Shown here piece after piece: positions 35,988 through 47,984 of a DNA stretch of 49,411 bases. Every line of letters begins with the position of its first letter. Position 1 is the stretch's first letter. The position numbers and the translations under genes are program-made. This DNA comes from Nemertoderma westbladi (taxonomy: Eukaryota > Animalia > Xenacoelomorpha). The stretch is taken from NCBI GenBank assembly GCA_032718475.1, contig JAUCBJ010002146.1, positions 1-49,411 on the forward strand, read 5' to 3'. The notes beneath the pieces are model-generated. The model made no database searches. It had not been told where the DNA came from and worked only from the letters and a program-made list of their open reading frames with translations.

Positions 35988-37460
35988 ATCCACAGCGAAC
36001 CGATGCTGCCTGTGTCTGTTTCTATTGTCTGGGATCCACAGCGTGCCGATGCTGCCTGTGTCTGTTTCTATTGTCTGGGATCCACAGCGAACCGATGCTG
36101 CCTGTGTCTGTTTCTATTGTCTGGGATCCACAGCGAACCGATGCTGCCTGTGTCTGTTTCTATTGTCTGGGATCCACAGCGAACCGATGCTGCCTGTGTC
36201 TGTTTCTATTGTCTGGGATCCACAGCGAACCGATGCTGCCTGTGTCTGTTTCTATTGTCTGGGATCCACAGCGAACCGATGCTGCCTGTGTCGGTTTCTA
36301 TTGTCTGGGATCCACAGCGAACCGATGCTGCCTGTGTATGTTTCTATTGTCTGGGATCAACAGCGAACCGATGCTGCCTGTGTCTGTTTCTATTGTCTGG
36401 GATCCAGAGCGAACCGATGCTGCTGTGTCTGTTTCTATTGTCTGGGATCCACAGCGATCCGATGCTGCCTGTGTCTGTTTCTATTGTCTGGGATCAACAG
36501 CGAACCGATGCTGCCTGTGTCTGTTTCTATTGTCTGGGATCCACAGCGAACCGATGCTGCCTGTGTCTGTTTCTATTGTCTGGGATCCACAGCGAACCGA
36601 TGCTGCCTGTGTCTGTTTCTATTGTCTGGGATCCACAGCGCACCGATGCTGCCTGTGTCTGTTTCTATTGTCTGGGATCCACAGCGAACCGATGCTGCCT
36701 GTGTCTGTTTCTATTGTCTGGGATCCACAGCGAACCGATGCTGTCTGTGTCTGTTTCTATTGTCTGGGATCCACAGCGAACCGATGCTGCCTGTGTCTGT
36801 TTCTATTGTCTGGGATCCACAGCGAACCGATGCTGCCTGTGTCTGTTTCTATTGTCTGGGATCAACAGCGAACCGATGCTGCCTGTGTCTGTTTCTATTG
36901 TCTGGGATCCACAGCGAACCGATGCTGCCTGTGTCTGTTTCTATTGTCTGGGATCCACAGCGAACCGATGCTGCCTGTGTCTGTTTCTATTGTCTGGGAT
37001 CCACAGCGAACCGATGCTGCCTGTGTCGGTTTCTATTGTCTGGGATCCACAGCGCACCGATGCTGCCTGTGTCTGTTTCTAATTGTCTGGGATCCACAGC
37101 GAACCGATGCTGCCTGTGTCTGTTTCTATTGTCTGGGATCCACAGCGAACCGATGCTGCCTGTGTCTGTTTCTATTGTCTGGGATCCACAGCGAACCGAT
37201 GCTGCCTGTGTCTGTTTCTATTGTCTGGGATCCAGAGCGAACCGATGCTGCCTGTGTCTGTTTCTATTGTCTGGGATCCACAGCGAACCGATGCTGCCTG
37301 TGTCTGTTTCTATTGTCTGGGATCCAGAGCGAACCGATGCTGCCTGTGTCTATTTCTATTGTCTGGGATCCACAGCGAACCGATGCTGCCTGTGTCGGTT
37401 TCTATTGTCTGGGATCCACAGCGAACCGATGCTGCCTGTGTCTGTTTCTATTGTCTGGGA
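35988..37460. repeat. 46-bp minisatellite, ~32 copies, intron 6
   Basis: Unit GATCCACAGCGAACCGATGCTGCCTGTGTCTGTTTCTATTGTCTGG. Confidence 0.96.
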
Positions 37461-37736
37461 AACCGCCGAGGACAAATATCATTTTCTGAACTGGCGTCGC
37501 ATCGATGGCACAACTAAACCACGCAATGTTATTATTTTCTTAGTATTTTTCTTTTTATATATATTTTTAGCAAACTCTTAATTGGGGATGGGGTGTATTA
37601 CTTCTCAAAAAAAAAATTAAATAAACAAATAAAAAATAAATATACTTAGACCTACTAAAAGCTAATAGTTGTGCATATTGTATGATCTACTTAGACCCTA
37701 CAGTAGATGTGTTATATACTCTACCGTATATCATAC

Positions 37737-37981
37737 CTTTACATAATTTCTAACTGCTGCTTTGAAGTTTCTATCTCCCATCATTGTCCTCAACATGTAT
37801 ATCATCCCGCTGCCTTTCTTGTATATGATTGGATCAAAGAAACTAGGTAGTTCTGCTGTTTCAGTGACACTTCTTACTACAGGTTTGGATGACTCTAACG
37901 AATCTGTTGCCATAGTTTCCAGGGCGTCATAAACCAATGTATAAACCCCCAGCCATTCGATTTTAGGTTGTAAATCTTCAA
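37737..37981 (-). CDS. M1 aminopeptidase exon 6 (catalytic Tyr)
   Basis: ..MATDSLESSKPV..FFDPIIYKKGSGMIYMLRTMMGDRNFKAAVRNYVK, the FD-x-I-x-Y-x-KG motif. Confidence 0.92.
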
Positions 37982-38108
37982 CTACAATAGTTGACGCTAT
38001 GGATAAATATAACCGATAAAGATATAAATAACTCTTAAATTTATCAACATTGAGCCAATACACAGTATTTGCACATTTAGTAAGATACTAATAATACTGC
38101 AGACTCAC

Positions 38109-38248
38109 CCATATGGTCTATTCCTTTAGCGTGCATGTACGTAGCGAAGCCTTCATTCAGCCAGACCTCGTCCCACCACTGCATTGTAACCAGGTTACCG
38201 TACCATTGATGGGACAGCTCGTGTCCCATTATGAGTGCCACCTGGCGC
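38109..38248 (-). CDS. M1 aminopeptidase exon 5 (zinc-binding motif)
   Basis: [29 protein letters not shown] = HEXXH-X18-E. Confidence 0.95.
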
Positions 38249-39081
38249 CTAGACGGTGATAAAAACAGAGTCAATTCATACTGTACCGGTATGTACTGTA
38301 AGAATGGGTTAGCAAGGAATTTATTATTGACTACGTCCTGTTTGTTCCTAACTGATATTCCTTATTATCTGTAAGGATGACACGTAGTTATTCGATCCGG
38401 GGGATCACCTACTGTAACATATAAAAGTTTACCAACCCCAGGAAATAAAACTAACAATTTCAAACATTGAATGAATTATTCAATGAACGATACTCATTTT
38501 TATATACCAATGAAAAAATGTTTGACCGTCTTACTCAAACGACTCATCTTACACAAATTAGGTTTAAAAGTAATGCGCGATTTGAATTCAATTTAATTTA
38601 TGTTGTGGGTAAAGAATATTACAAAGTTCCCGCATAAGTTTTGAGTAAATCACATACTGTAGAACGTTTTAAGATTCAGGAATTGTTCCGAAGGAAATAT
38701 AAATATACCAGAGGATATATTTTACTCTATAGTATGTTTAGATTTTTTAATAGTTTTATAAATATTTGACTTTTAAGTATATTTTTTTGGTGAATTCCTT
38801 GTATATATGTTGTTCTTTCTTGAAATTTAATGTTTAAACGGTAACCTTTTTCTGTCATTGCTGATGGTGTTGGTATTGAAGTTCTATATCTCTACTTACT
38901 AGCTACAGTATAACCTATATAATTTATCCGGCCCAGGTGACGTATACCAGACATTCTGCCTGGCATTATTATATTTAGGCCTAATTACTTAAATAAACAT
39001 TATCTGAATAATTATGACTTTTCTTCCAAAATATTTCTCTGCTCATCTCCTCTGAATATTATAACACAAAATTCGTATAAT

Positions 39082-39445
39082 TTGGAGTAAATATATTACA
39101 GGATATACACACAATAAATGGAGTAAATATATTACAGGATATACACACAATAAATGGAGTAAATATATTACAGGATATACACACAATAAATGGAGTAAAT
39201 ATATTACAGGATATACACACAATAAATATATTACAGGATATACACACAATAAATATATTACAGGATATACACACAATAAATATATTACAGGATATACACA
39301 CAATAAATATATTACAGGATATACACACAATAAATATATTACAGGATATACACACAATAAATATATTACAGGATATACACACAATAAATATATTACAGGA
39401 AATACACACAATAAATATATTACAGGATATACACACAATAAATAT
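39082..39445. repeat. 27/36-bp AT-rich tandem repeat, ~12 copies
   Basis: Unit CAGGATATACACACAATAAATATATTA; three units carry an extra TGGAGTAAA. Confidence 0.92.
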
Positions 39446-39529
39446 AACTATTTATATTTCTATATCGTTTTGATATCTATTTTTGAATCTATATAGATTC
39501 TATTTCTATTTCTATATATTTATATGTTT

Positions 39530-39793
39530 CCACCTCACAAACACCCCCACACACACCCACCAACCCCCACCACACATACAACCCCACCTCCACCTCACAA
39601 ACACCCCCACACACACCCACCAACCCCCACCACACATACAACCCCACCTCCACCTCACAAACACCCCCACACACACCCACCAACCCCCACCACACATACA
39701 ACCCCACCTCCACCTCACAAACACCCCCACACACACCCACCAACCCCCACCACACATACAACCCCACCTCCACCTCACAAACACCCCCACCAA
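39530..39793. repeat. 60-bp C/A-rich tandem repeat, ~4.4 identical copies
   Basis: Lines 39541-39780 are identical at a 60-bp period. G-rich on the transcribed (-) strand, about 28 nt from the exon 4 donor. Confidence 0.92.
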
Positions 39794-39821
39794 CCTGTAC
39801 AGAATCATTACCAATTCTTAC

Positions 39822-40031
39822 TTGACTCTATCCGTGTGTACTGAATCATTGTATACTACGGCGCGGTCAGCCAGTGTTATTAGACCCCAATTCTCCATTC
39901 CCAGGGGCGCGAAATCAGTTAGAACGACCACGTCTAGCTTGGGTAAAGGATAGGTGAGCCCGAAGTAATCCTCGTAATACGGCATCAACGTGGCCCCACA
40001 CCGGAGGACAAATTGCAAGTTAGCAGTTGTT
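39822..40031 (-). CDS. M1 aminopeptidase exon 4 (GAMEN-equivalent motif)
   Basis: YYEDYFGLTYPLPKLDVVVLTDFAPLGMENWGLIT. Ends ttttAG and GTAAG. Confidence 0.94.
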
Positions 40032-40240
40032 CTAAAATAAAAAGTTTGTTATTTTAATGTTTATTTAAATATTTAATGACTATAAATGAGGCGGGGCGGG
40101 CAGCAGAAATTAACTCGAAAAAGTGAAATCCGAATTTTGTAAATTGAAGGGTTTAACTTACTCCATAGATAGCTAACCTACAGTTGTCCCTCAATGCCAT
40201 TATACTTAACTACGATAAAGTTACTCTGAGTGATTCTCAC

Positions 40241-40407
40241 CTTGGATCTGACACAACTCTCAGCGGTTTACCATCAGTTCGTGTAATAGAATGCAGTGAC
40301 GTCACCCCTTTAGCCACGTAAATTCCCATCAAATATGTCGACATTTTTTCCGTCTGATCGAACCAACTTCGAGCTTTCCCGGAAGGCATCGAAACGGTCT
40401 GCAACTT
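40241..40407 (-). CDS. M1 aminopeptidase exon 3
   Basis: KLQTVSMPSGKARSWFDQTEKMSTYLMGIYV.., the F-x-x-T-x-x-MSTYL motif. Ends tttatAG and GTGAG. Confidence 0.9.
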
Positions 40408-40570
40408 CTATAAACCAAATGTTTATTTTAAATATTTAAATAATTACAAATATTATTCTTTACAATAATATGAGGATTCAGTACCGGTATCCACTTCTGT
40501 TATTTGACTGCGTAACTCAGTTAGCTGAGCGCCGGTCCAGCAATCTATTGGTTGGAGGTTCCGTCCCATG

Positions 40571-42197
40571 AGGGAATAGCGCCCACCCCTACCTTCTGGT
40601 AGCAGATAGGAGTAGCGCCCACCCCTACCTTCTGGTAGCAGAAAGGAATAGCGCCCACCCCTACCTTCTGGTAGCAGCTAGGAATAGCGCCCACCCCTAC
40701 CTTCTGGTAGCAGCTAGGAATAGCGCCCACCCCTACCTTCTGGTAGCAGCTAGGAATAGCGCCCTCCCCTACCTTCTGGTAGCAGCTAGGAATAGCGCCC
40801 ACCCCTACCTTCTGGTAGCAGCTAGGAATAGCGCCCACCCCTACCTTCTGGTAGCAGCTAGGAATAGCGCCCACCCCTACCTTCTGGTAGCAGCTAGGAA
40901 TAGCGCCCACCCTTACCTTCTGGTAGCAGCTAGGAATAGCGCCCACCCCTACCTTCTGGTAGCAGATAGGAGTAGCGCCCACCCCTACCTTCTGGTAGCA
41001 GAAAGGAGTAGCGCCCACCCCTACCTTCCGGTAGCAGCTAGGGATAGCGCCCACCCCTACCTTCTGGTAGCAGCTAGGGATAGCGCCCACCCTTGCCTTC
41101 TGGCAGCAGCTAGGAATAGCGCCCACCCCTACCTTCTTCTGGTAGCAGCTAGGAATAGCGCCCACCCCTACCTTCTGGTAGCAGCAAGGAATAGCGCCCA
41201 CCCCTACCTTCTGGTAGCAGCTAGGAATAGCGCCCACCCCTACCTTCTGGTAGCAGCTAGGAATAGCGCCCACCCTTACCTTCTGGTAGCAGCTAGGAAT
41301 AGCGCCCACCCCTACCTTCTGGTAGCAGATAGGAGTAGCGCCCACCCCTACCTTCTGGTAGCAGAAAGGAGTAGCGCCCACCCCTACCTTCCGGTAGCAG
41401 CTAGGGATAGCGCCCACCCCTACCTTCTGGTAGCAGCTAGGGATAGCGCCCACCCTTGCCTTCTGGCAGCAGCTAGGAATAGCGCCCACCCCTACCTTCT
41501 TCTGGTAGCAGCTAGGAATAGCGCCCACCCCTACCTTCTGGTAGCAGCAAGGAATAGCGCCCACCCCTACCTTCTGGTAGCAGCTAGGAATAGCGCCCAC
41601 CCCTACCCTCTGGTAGCAGATAGGAGTAGCGCCCACCCCTACCTTGTGGTAGCAGCTAGGAATAGCGCCCACCCCTACCTTCGGGTAGCAGATAGGAGTA
41701 GCGCCCACCCCTACCTTCGGGTAGCAGATAGGAGTAGCGTTCACCCCTACCCTAGGGTATGCAGATAGGAGTAGCGTCCACCCCTACCCTCGGGTAGCAG
41801 ATAGGTGTAGCGCCCACCCCTACCTTCTGGTAGCAGCTAGGAATAGCGCCCACCCCTACCTTCTGGTAGCAGCTAGGAATAGCGCCCACCCCTAACATCT
41901 GGTAGCAGCTAGGAATAGCGCCCACCCCTACCTTCTGGTAGCAGCTAGGAATAGCGCCCACTCCTACCTTCTGGTAGCAGATAGGAGTAGCGCCCACCCC
42001 TACCTTCTGGTAGCAGCTAGGAATAGCTCCCACCCCTACCTTCTGGTAGCAGCTAGGAATAGCGCCCACCCCTACCTTCTGGTAGCAGATAGGAGTAGCG
42101 CCCACCCCTACCTTCGGGTAGCAGATAGGAGTAGCTCCCACCCCTACCTTCGAGTAGCAGATATGAGTAGCGCCCACCCCTACCTTCCGGTAGCAGC
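40571..42197. repeat. 36-bp minisatellite, ~45 copies, intron 2
   Basis: Unit GGAATAGCGCCCACCCCTACCTTCTGGTAGCAGCTA, with an internal ~363-bp block duplication marked by the +TTC unit at ~41135 and ~41498. Confidence 0.95.
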
Positions 42198-42229
42198 TAT
42201 CGAAAGAGGAGCTTTCGGGTCGCACTTTC

Positions 42230-42750
42230 GAGTTCCAGTACTCCTCTATGGGAGTCCATGCTGGGCTCTAACTGCACTAACTCTGGATGGGACATTCGCA
42301 AGAATGCTATGTCGGGTTCACTGTGTCAAGTACAATGCGCACATCTCCAACCAGACACTGTATAACATGGGAGGTGTCTCATTGGTTCCTCCAAGCTTGA
42401 CACTAGAACAAAATCGCCTCCGCTTTGCAGGACATGGTTTGCATCCCGTGCGCCAGCCCGTGCACAATCTTGTGCTTTGGCAGCCCCATGGCGCACAGCC
42501 CATGACTTTCGTGAGACGCCTCCTTAAGGACACTGGCCTTGAAGATGCGGATGATCTAGCAAATATCATGTGTGATAGGGAGTTGTGGCGGCGCAATTTT
42601 TTGACAATCCGGCACAGCATTCATAATGCACGCTGCATTGGGCTTGCCAATTGTGGATTGCATGGTGGTGACAAAATGTTTTTGTTGAGCCATTACAGCA
42701 TCTCATTGTGCATATCCAATGCAGCAGGCCCATTATAGCAGTAGTAGTTT
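42230..42750 (+). mobile_element. RTE LINE 3' fragment
   Basis: VPVLLYGSPCWALT..LDGTFARML..RLRFAGH..LVLWQPHG, ending in tagcagtagtag. Confidence 0.85.
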
Positions 42751-43081
42751 TACGCCAGACTTGATGCTAATTATTACTGGCTAATTAATTATTGTCCAGT
42801 ATTCTCTCTCACTCATCCTTATGGGTAGGGAGAAGTCTTTCATGTCTCTTAGTCTCTTACAAAGTAAAGTAAAGTTTTCTTCGGCCATTTGGGCATGGAT
42901 TAAACACACAAAGACTGACTACTTTATCCCCAGTGCGGTCCCCCCAGTACTAAACTCCCCACAGGAACCACCAGTACTCATTTAGCCATCATGTTAGGAT
43001 ACAAGGCTGAGGTGCGACCTGTCTAGTCCCTTTAAAGCATTCGTGCCGAAATGAAAACAGAGAATACCAAGTTCCAACGCG

Positions 43082-44390
43082 TACTACTACTACTACGATC
43101 GGCATTTTGCATTGCAGCTGCATTATATATATTACATATATATTAAGCGTGCTTACATATTTAAGCCTATGCGTTTATTACATATATAATGCTGTGCCGG
43201 CTTGTCGACAAAATTGCGCCGCCACAACCACCTATCACCCATGACATTTGCTAGATTATCCACATCTTCAAGGCCAATTTCATTTAAGATGCGTCTCAAG
43301 AAAGTCATGGGCTGTCCACCATGCTTATTCACTCCATGAGGCTGCAAAAGTACAAGATTATGCACTGGCTGGTCCTCACGGCGAAAGCAATGTCCTGCAA
43401 AGCGAAGGTGGCTTTGTTCTATTGCCAAGTTTGGGAGAACCAATGAGACACCTCCAATGTTATATAGTGTATGGTTGACATTGTACTTGACACAATGAAC
43501 CCGGCGTAGCATTCTAGTGAATGTGCCATCCAGAGATTTGGTGTCCTGCTGTCCTCAGCAGCTAGAGCCCAGCATGGACTCCCATAGAGGAGTACTGGAA
43601 CTACTGCTGCTCTAAATAATCGGACCTTAAGTTTCCGATTAATTCTAGGTGACTTCCAAATCCTGGAAAGCCTATTCAAGGCTGCCCATGGCTTTCCCTT
43701 ACGAATTCGAAGGTCGCACCTGACTGCCGGATCCATGATCCTAGTTAACAGAAGTCGTCCAGATGCTCAAGCATACCATCCTTTGAGCTTATGCTCATCC
43801 GGTCAAAGACTTGCTGAGGACTTTCAAAGTTAATAGTAAAAATTTTGGTCTTTTTTAGAGTTAACAAAAAGACCAGCACTAGAAGCAACCTGTTCCGATG
43901 AGCTGAGGAGCCGTTGGGCTCCATCTAGTGATTCTGGGAGTACACCTAAGTCATGCGTTAAGTCTAGATCAGTTTGGCAGGATTCCATATAATGAAAGTA
44001 TGCTGAACATTCGTGAGCGAGAGACTGAATCAATGGCCTTGAAGAAGTCAACAAAGATAACAGCCAGATGCCTGTCTTTCTTTTTTGATAACTCTTCAAT
44101 TCTCTTTCTAAGTGCCAAAATGGGCTCCATGGTCTCGCGACCTTTAAGGAACCCATTCTGATTTCCACGGAGCAGTCTCTCAATGGGATCCCTGATGCGA
44201 TTTAATAGAATCCTATTGTATAGCTTTGCAGCAATCGAGATCAATGAGATTCCCCGAAAAGAACCATAGAGTGTTAGGTTGCCCTTCTTGGTAACTGGCA
44301 CCAACTTATTTGTTTTCATTTCTTGTGGGACTCTTGTCGTTTTGTACACGTCTACAACCACTACTCCAAGGTGGAAGTTTTGTTTTTTAT
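43082..44390 (-). mobile_element. Degenerate RTE LINE fragment (same family as the 42.2 kb and 45.0 kb copies)
   Basis: FRGISLISIAAKLYNRILLNRI..QNGF..IFVDFFKAIDS; RLFRAAVVPVLLYGS; HLRFAGHCFR. Many frameshifts. (TAG)n tail read as tactactactac at 43082-43095. Confidence 0.87.
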
Positions 44391-44509
44391 AGAGAAACAA
44401 GTTTCCCCCAGCCTGATCCTATCAGTGATAGGATACAATGTACGTTCGTCGTTCGTATCTCACCAGTCATCTCTTTAATCATTGGTGTACTCAGTATAAT
44501 CGGTCTAAC

Positions 44510-44676
44510 CTCGGCATTGCTATACGCAGTATATTCAGCATCGTGTGTGACGGATATGTTAAACACGGCTTTGTATTCTGGTTCGTCGAAGCAAGGGAAT
44601 ACCTGACGAGCACTCGTAGGCATTAATTGGGTAACGGCGTAGAAAATACGCTCATCTGATTCCGATATGAAACTAC
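44510..44676 (-). CDS. M1 aminopeptidase exon 2
   Basis: GSFISESDERIFYAVTQLMPTSARQVFPCFDEPEYKAVFNISVTHDAEYTAYSNAE, containing the FPCFDEP motif. Donor GAG|GTTAGA gives the phase needed for exon 3. Confidence 0.9.
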
Positions 44677-44880
44677 CTGAAACAAAATTTAAGTTAAATC
44701 CAATGATAAGAGCCAATCTTGGAAATATAAATTATAATAAACAATTATTTGGGGTAATTTTCAAAATAACTTATCAACATCAATTTCTTTTTATTTTTCC
44801 AGGTTTGTTGGGAACTACTAGATATTTAGATAAGAAATAACAGATAACATAGAAACAGAACATAGATATCTTAGATAAGT

Positions 44881-45480
44881 TAGTCTCAATTGCTGCAAAG
44901 CTGTAAATGGCCAGGACATACGAAGGCATGGGCAGCAATGAATATTCTGTCCTGGATTTAGAAGTTTCATAGAATCAAACGGAACCTCAAGGTTCGATTA
45001 TTGAGGGCAGCAGTAGTAAAGTACTATTATATGGGTGTCCATGCTGGGCTCTAACTGCTGATGACACCAAATCTCTGGATGGCACATTTACAAGATTGCT
45101 AAGTCGGCTTCACTGGGTCAAGTACAATGAACACATTTCTAATCAGACTATATAACACATTGGAAGTGTTCCATTAGTCTCCCCTAGCTTGACACGTGAA
45201 CGGAACCGTCACCGCTTTGCAGGACATTGCTTTCGCCGTGAGGACCAGCCAGTGCATAATCTTGTACTGTGGCAGCCTCATGGAGTGAATAAGCATGGTG
45301 GACAGCCCATGACTTTATTGAGACGCATCTTAAAGGACACTGGCCTTATGATCTAGCAAATGTCATGGGTGATAGGGAGTTGTGGCGTCGAGATTTTGTT
45401 GACAAGCCGGCACAGCATTCTTAATATATAATGATATACAGCTGCAATGCAGCATGCCGATAGTAGTAGTAGTAGCTTGC
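44881..45480 (+). mobile_element. RTE LINE 3' fragment with candidate 15-bp target-site duplication
   Basis: Similar to the 43.1-43.7 kb copy, with a (TAG)n tail at ~45461-45475. Flanked by ATATCTTAGATAAGT (44866-80) and ATATCTTGGATAAGT (45481-95). Confidence 0.8.
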
Positions 45481-45620
45481 ATATCTTGGATAAGTCATAC
45501 AGATAACATAAAAAAGATAACAATTAGATAATGACAGCTAACTTATATAAGATAATTAACGTTTATGATGTGGTGAAATGATGATGATGACTTAATCAAC
45601 AATAATTAATATACTCATAC

Positions 45621-46290
45621 CTTTGTAAAGACCGTCTAACGTGTTATTTAGCGTAGCGTTGTAGTTGACTGTGAGGTTATAGTAGGTGAAAGCGCTAAGG
45701 TAGTCGTCGAGGAAGATGTATAGGAGTTCCTGTGGTGGAGAAATTCTAAACTCGAGAACGGATGGTAAACTTATTTGGGACTGCCAATGGGCGGGATTTA
45801 AGAATACCTCAGATACGTTCAAATTTTTACTGTTTATAGCGATGTAATTAAGCTCAACCTCCTGGTAGAATATAACACTGGTATTGCCGATAAAATAGGA
45901 ATCGTGTTGATCAAGTTTCTCAATTTGTAAATGTATGTGGTAGTCAGTCACTGTAACTCTTGGCAACCGTAATTGGGTCCACGGCCCAAAGTAAGTCTCG
46001 TTTAGTTCGTCACCTATAATATCACATTCGTACAAAGTTTCTATAAAAAAGTAAACAGATAGACTAAGGAATGTTAGTAGGAGTATAATGGTACTGATAA
46101 CCCAATACGGGTGGACGTAAACACGTTTGTCGCAGAGCCGTTTGGTTTTCCCTTTCGGCCGTTCTGCTAATATCTCATCTTGCATCTGGAACCGTAGGAA
46201 TTTACTATTCTCGCTTGTGTTCCCGTCCGCCGTTGTTGATGTACTTAGACTTTGCGTCGGCGGCTCTTTCCATATTATATCACTATCCAT
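45621..46290 (-). CDS. M1 aminopeptidase N-like type II membrane metallopeptidase, exon 1
   Basis: ATG at 46290 (MDSDIIWKEPP). Cytoplasmic tail, then a hydrophobic anchor YWVISTIILLLTFLSLSVYFFI, then PWTQLRLP..YHIHL..LDGLYK. Donor G|GTATGA. The 14 exons sum to 2970 nt = 989 aa + stop. Confidence 0.88.
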
Positions 46291-46936
46291 TATGTCTCTG
46301 TAGATATTCCCTATTACTATATAAACCAATAAATCTACACGTCTACAAAAAATGAACGCATATTGCTTTATCTTCAGCTGCCGTGAAAAATAAATGACAC
46401 ATTAAAATCTGTCAGACAAAATCTATGACACGAATAATGATGTCGTTATTCTTTAGTCAGATAGTCGAGTAAAAAATGAGTAAATATTTAAGGGTATAAA
46501 ATTAAACAGAGTTCACGTACAGTAATCAACGGTTTGCAGTACGTGACGTACTGTAAACTGGACCGGTATGGCAAATAGGTATATAAAATGATTTGTTTAA
46601 ACAAATCGCAAAAGATTTAGATCACTGCGTACGCAGCTTTAATGTATTTATTGAATGTGAATAATGTAATACATATTTCCAAATGAACACAAATTAATAA
46701 CAAATATCCGTTGCATTGAATGGCTAATTGGTTGTTGGATAGCAAGGCTCGTGTTCACTGTACTGTATTAGTAAGAAGTTAACTAATAAAGTCTAAAGTC
46801 CACTGTTTCATAACAATTGGATTAGTTGTGCAGCCGCTTTACAATGAATTCAATACGGAATTAATATTGATTGATATTAACCTAATGATATAAAACTTAT
46901 TTACCTAAATATATACCAACACCTATATGCTTACAC

Positions 46937-47550
46937 AGGGCCGTATTTAGTGGGGGGCCGGAGAGGCCGAGGCCCCAGGCACCCCGACCTCAGGGGGCCC
47001 CCAACCTCAAGGGGCCCCCGACCTCAGGGGACCCCCGACCTCAGGGGGCCCCCCACCGCAGGGGGCCCCCGACCTCCGGGGGCCCCCGACCTCAGGGGGC
47101 CCCCGACCTCAGGGGGCCCCCCACCGCAGGGGGCCCCCGACCTCAGGGGGCCCCCCACCGCAGGGGGCCCCCGACCTCAGGGGGCCCCCGACCTCAGGGG
47201 GCCCCCGACCTCAGGGGGCCCCCGACCTCCGGGGGTCCCCGACCTCAGGGGACCCCCGACCTCAGGGGGCCCCCCACCGCAGGGGGCCCCCGACCTCAGG
47301 GGGCCCCCCACCGCAGGGGGCCCCCGACCTCCGGGGGCCCCCGACCTCAGGGGCCCCCGACCTCCGGGGGTCCCCGACCTCAGGGTACCCCCGACCTCAG
47401 GGGGCCCCCCACCGCAGGGGGCCCCCGACCTCAGGGGGCCCCCCACCACAGGGGGCCCCCGACCTCAGGGGCCCCCGACCTCAGGGGGCCCCCGACCTCC
47501 GGGGGTCCCCGACCTCAGTGGGCCCCCGACCTCAGGGGGCCCCCCACCAC
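46937..47550. repeat. GC-rich compound repeat of ~17-20-bp GGGGGCCCCC(G/C)ACC units, preceded by CAGGGCCGTATTTAG (possible hAT-like terminus)
   Basis: Repeated palindromic GGGGGCCCCC core. No matching second terminus was seen. Confidence 0.8.
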
Positions 47551-47984
47551 GATACCACAATTATAGGGATCGACCGAACTATAGAGGAGCCGAACCGGAA
47601 CTTAACTGAAACCAAGCCTGATGGCAATTTTGAATTTTGCCACTTATTTTTCCCAATATATATCAAAAACAAAAACAAAAAGTTAGTGTAAAAACAGTAA
47701 ATATTTTTGTAGCTTATGAAATTATATTTCTTTTTATATTTTTTCACTTTGGATTCTTGCATTTTTTGATCAGATGTTTTTATACTGATACTGTACTTTA
47801 TGTTTTTATACTGATACTGTATAAACAGGAACTTTGAAGCTTTAAATTTCTAATTTCCATGTTTAAATTAAATAAGGGGATGTGAGTTTTCCTGAAATTT
47901 TCCAAGGAAATTTCCGGAAAAGTACATTTCATCCGTAGTTACGACCACAAGAGACAAGACAACGAACCACCTAAACGCATCTAA

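Noticed and set aside
36003-37581. Cys-rich 359-518-aa ORFs
   Set aside because: Translations of the 46-bp satellite in all three frames, antisense in intron 6.
40545-42225. 399- and 157-aa VGVGAIPSCYQK ORFs
   Set aside because: Translations of the 36-bp satellite with no unique flanking coding sequence. Exons 2 and 3 join in frame without them.
44456-44464. Alternative exon 2 donor G|GTGAGA
   Set aside because: It would give phase 1, incompatible with the phase-0 start of exon 3. The donor at 44509 fits.
46950-47609. Collagen-like Gly/Pro ORF
   Set aside because: No sustained Gly-X-Y register, no ATG start or signal peptide. It is a product of the GC-rich repeat.
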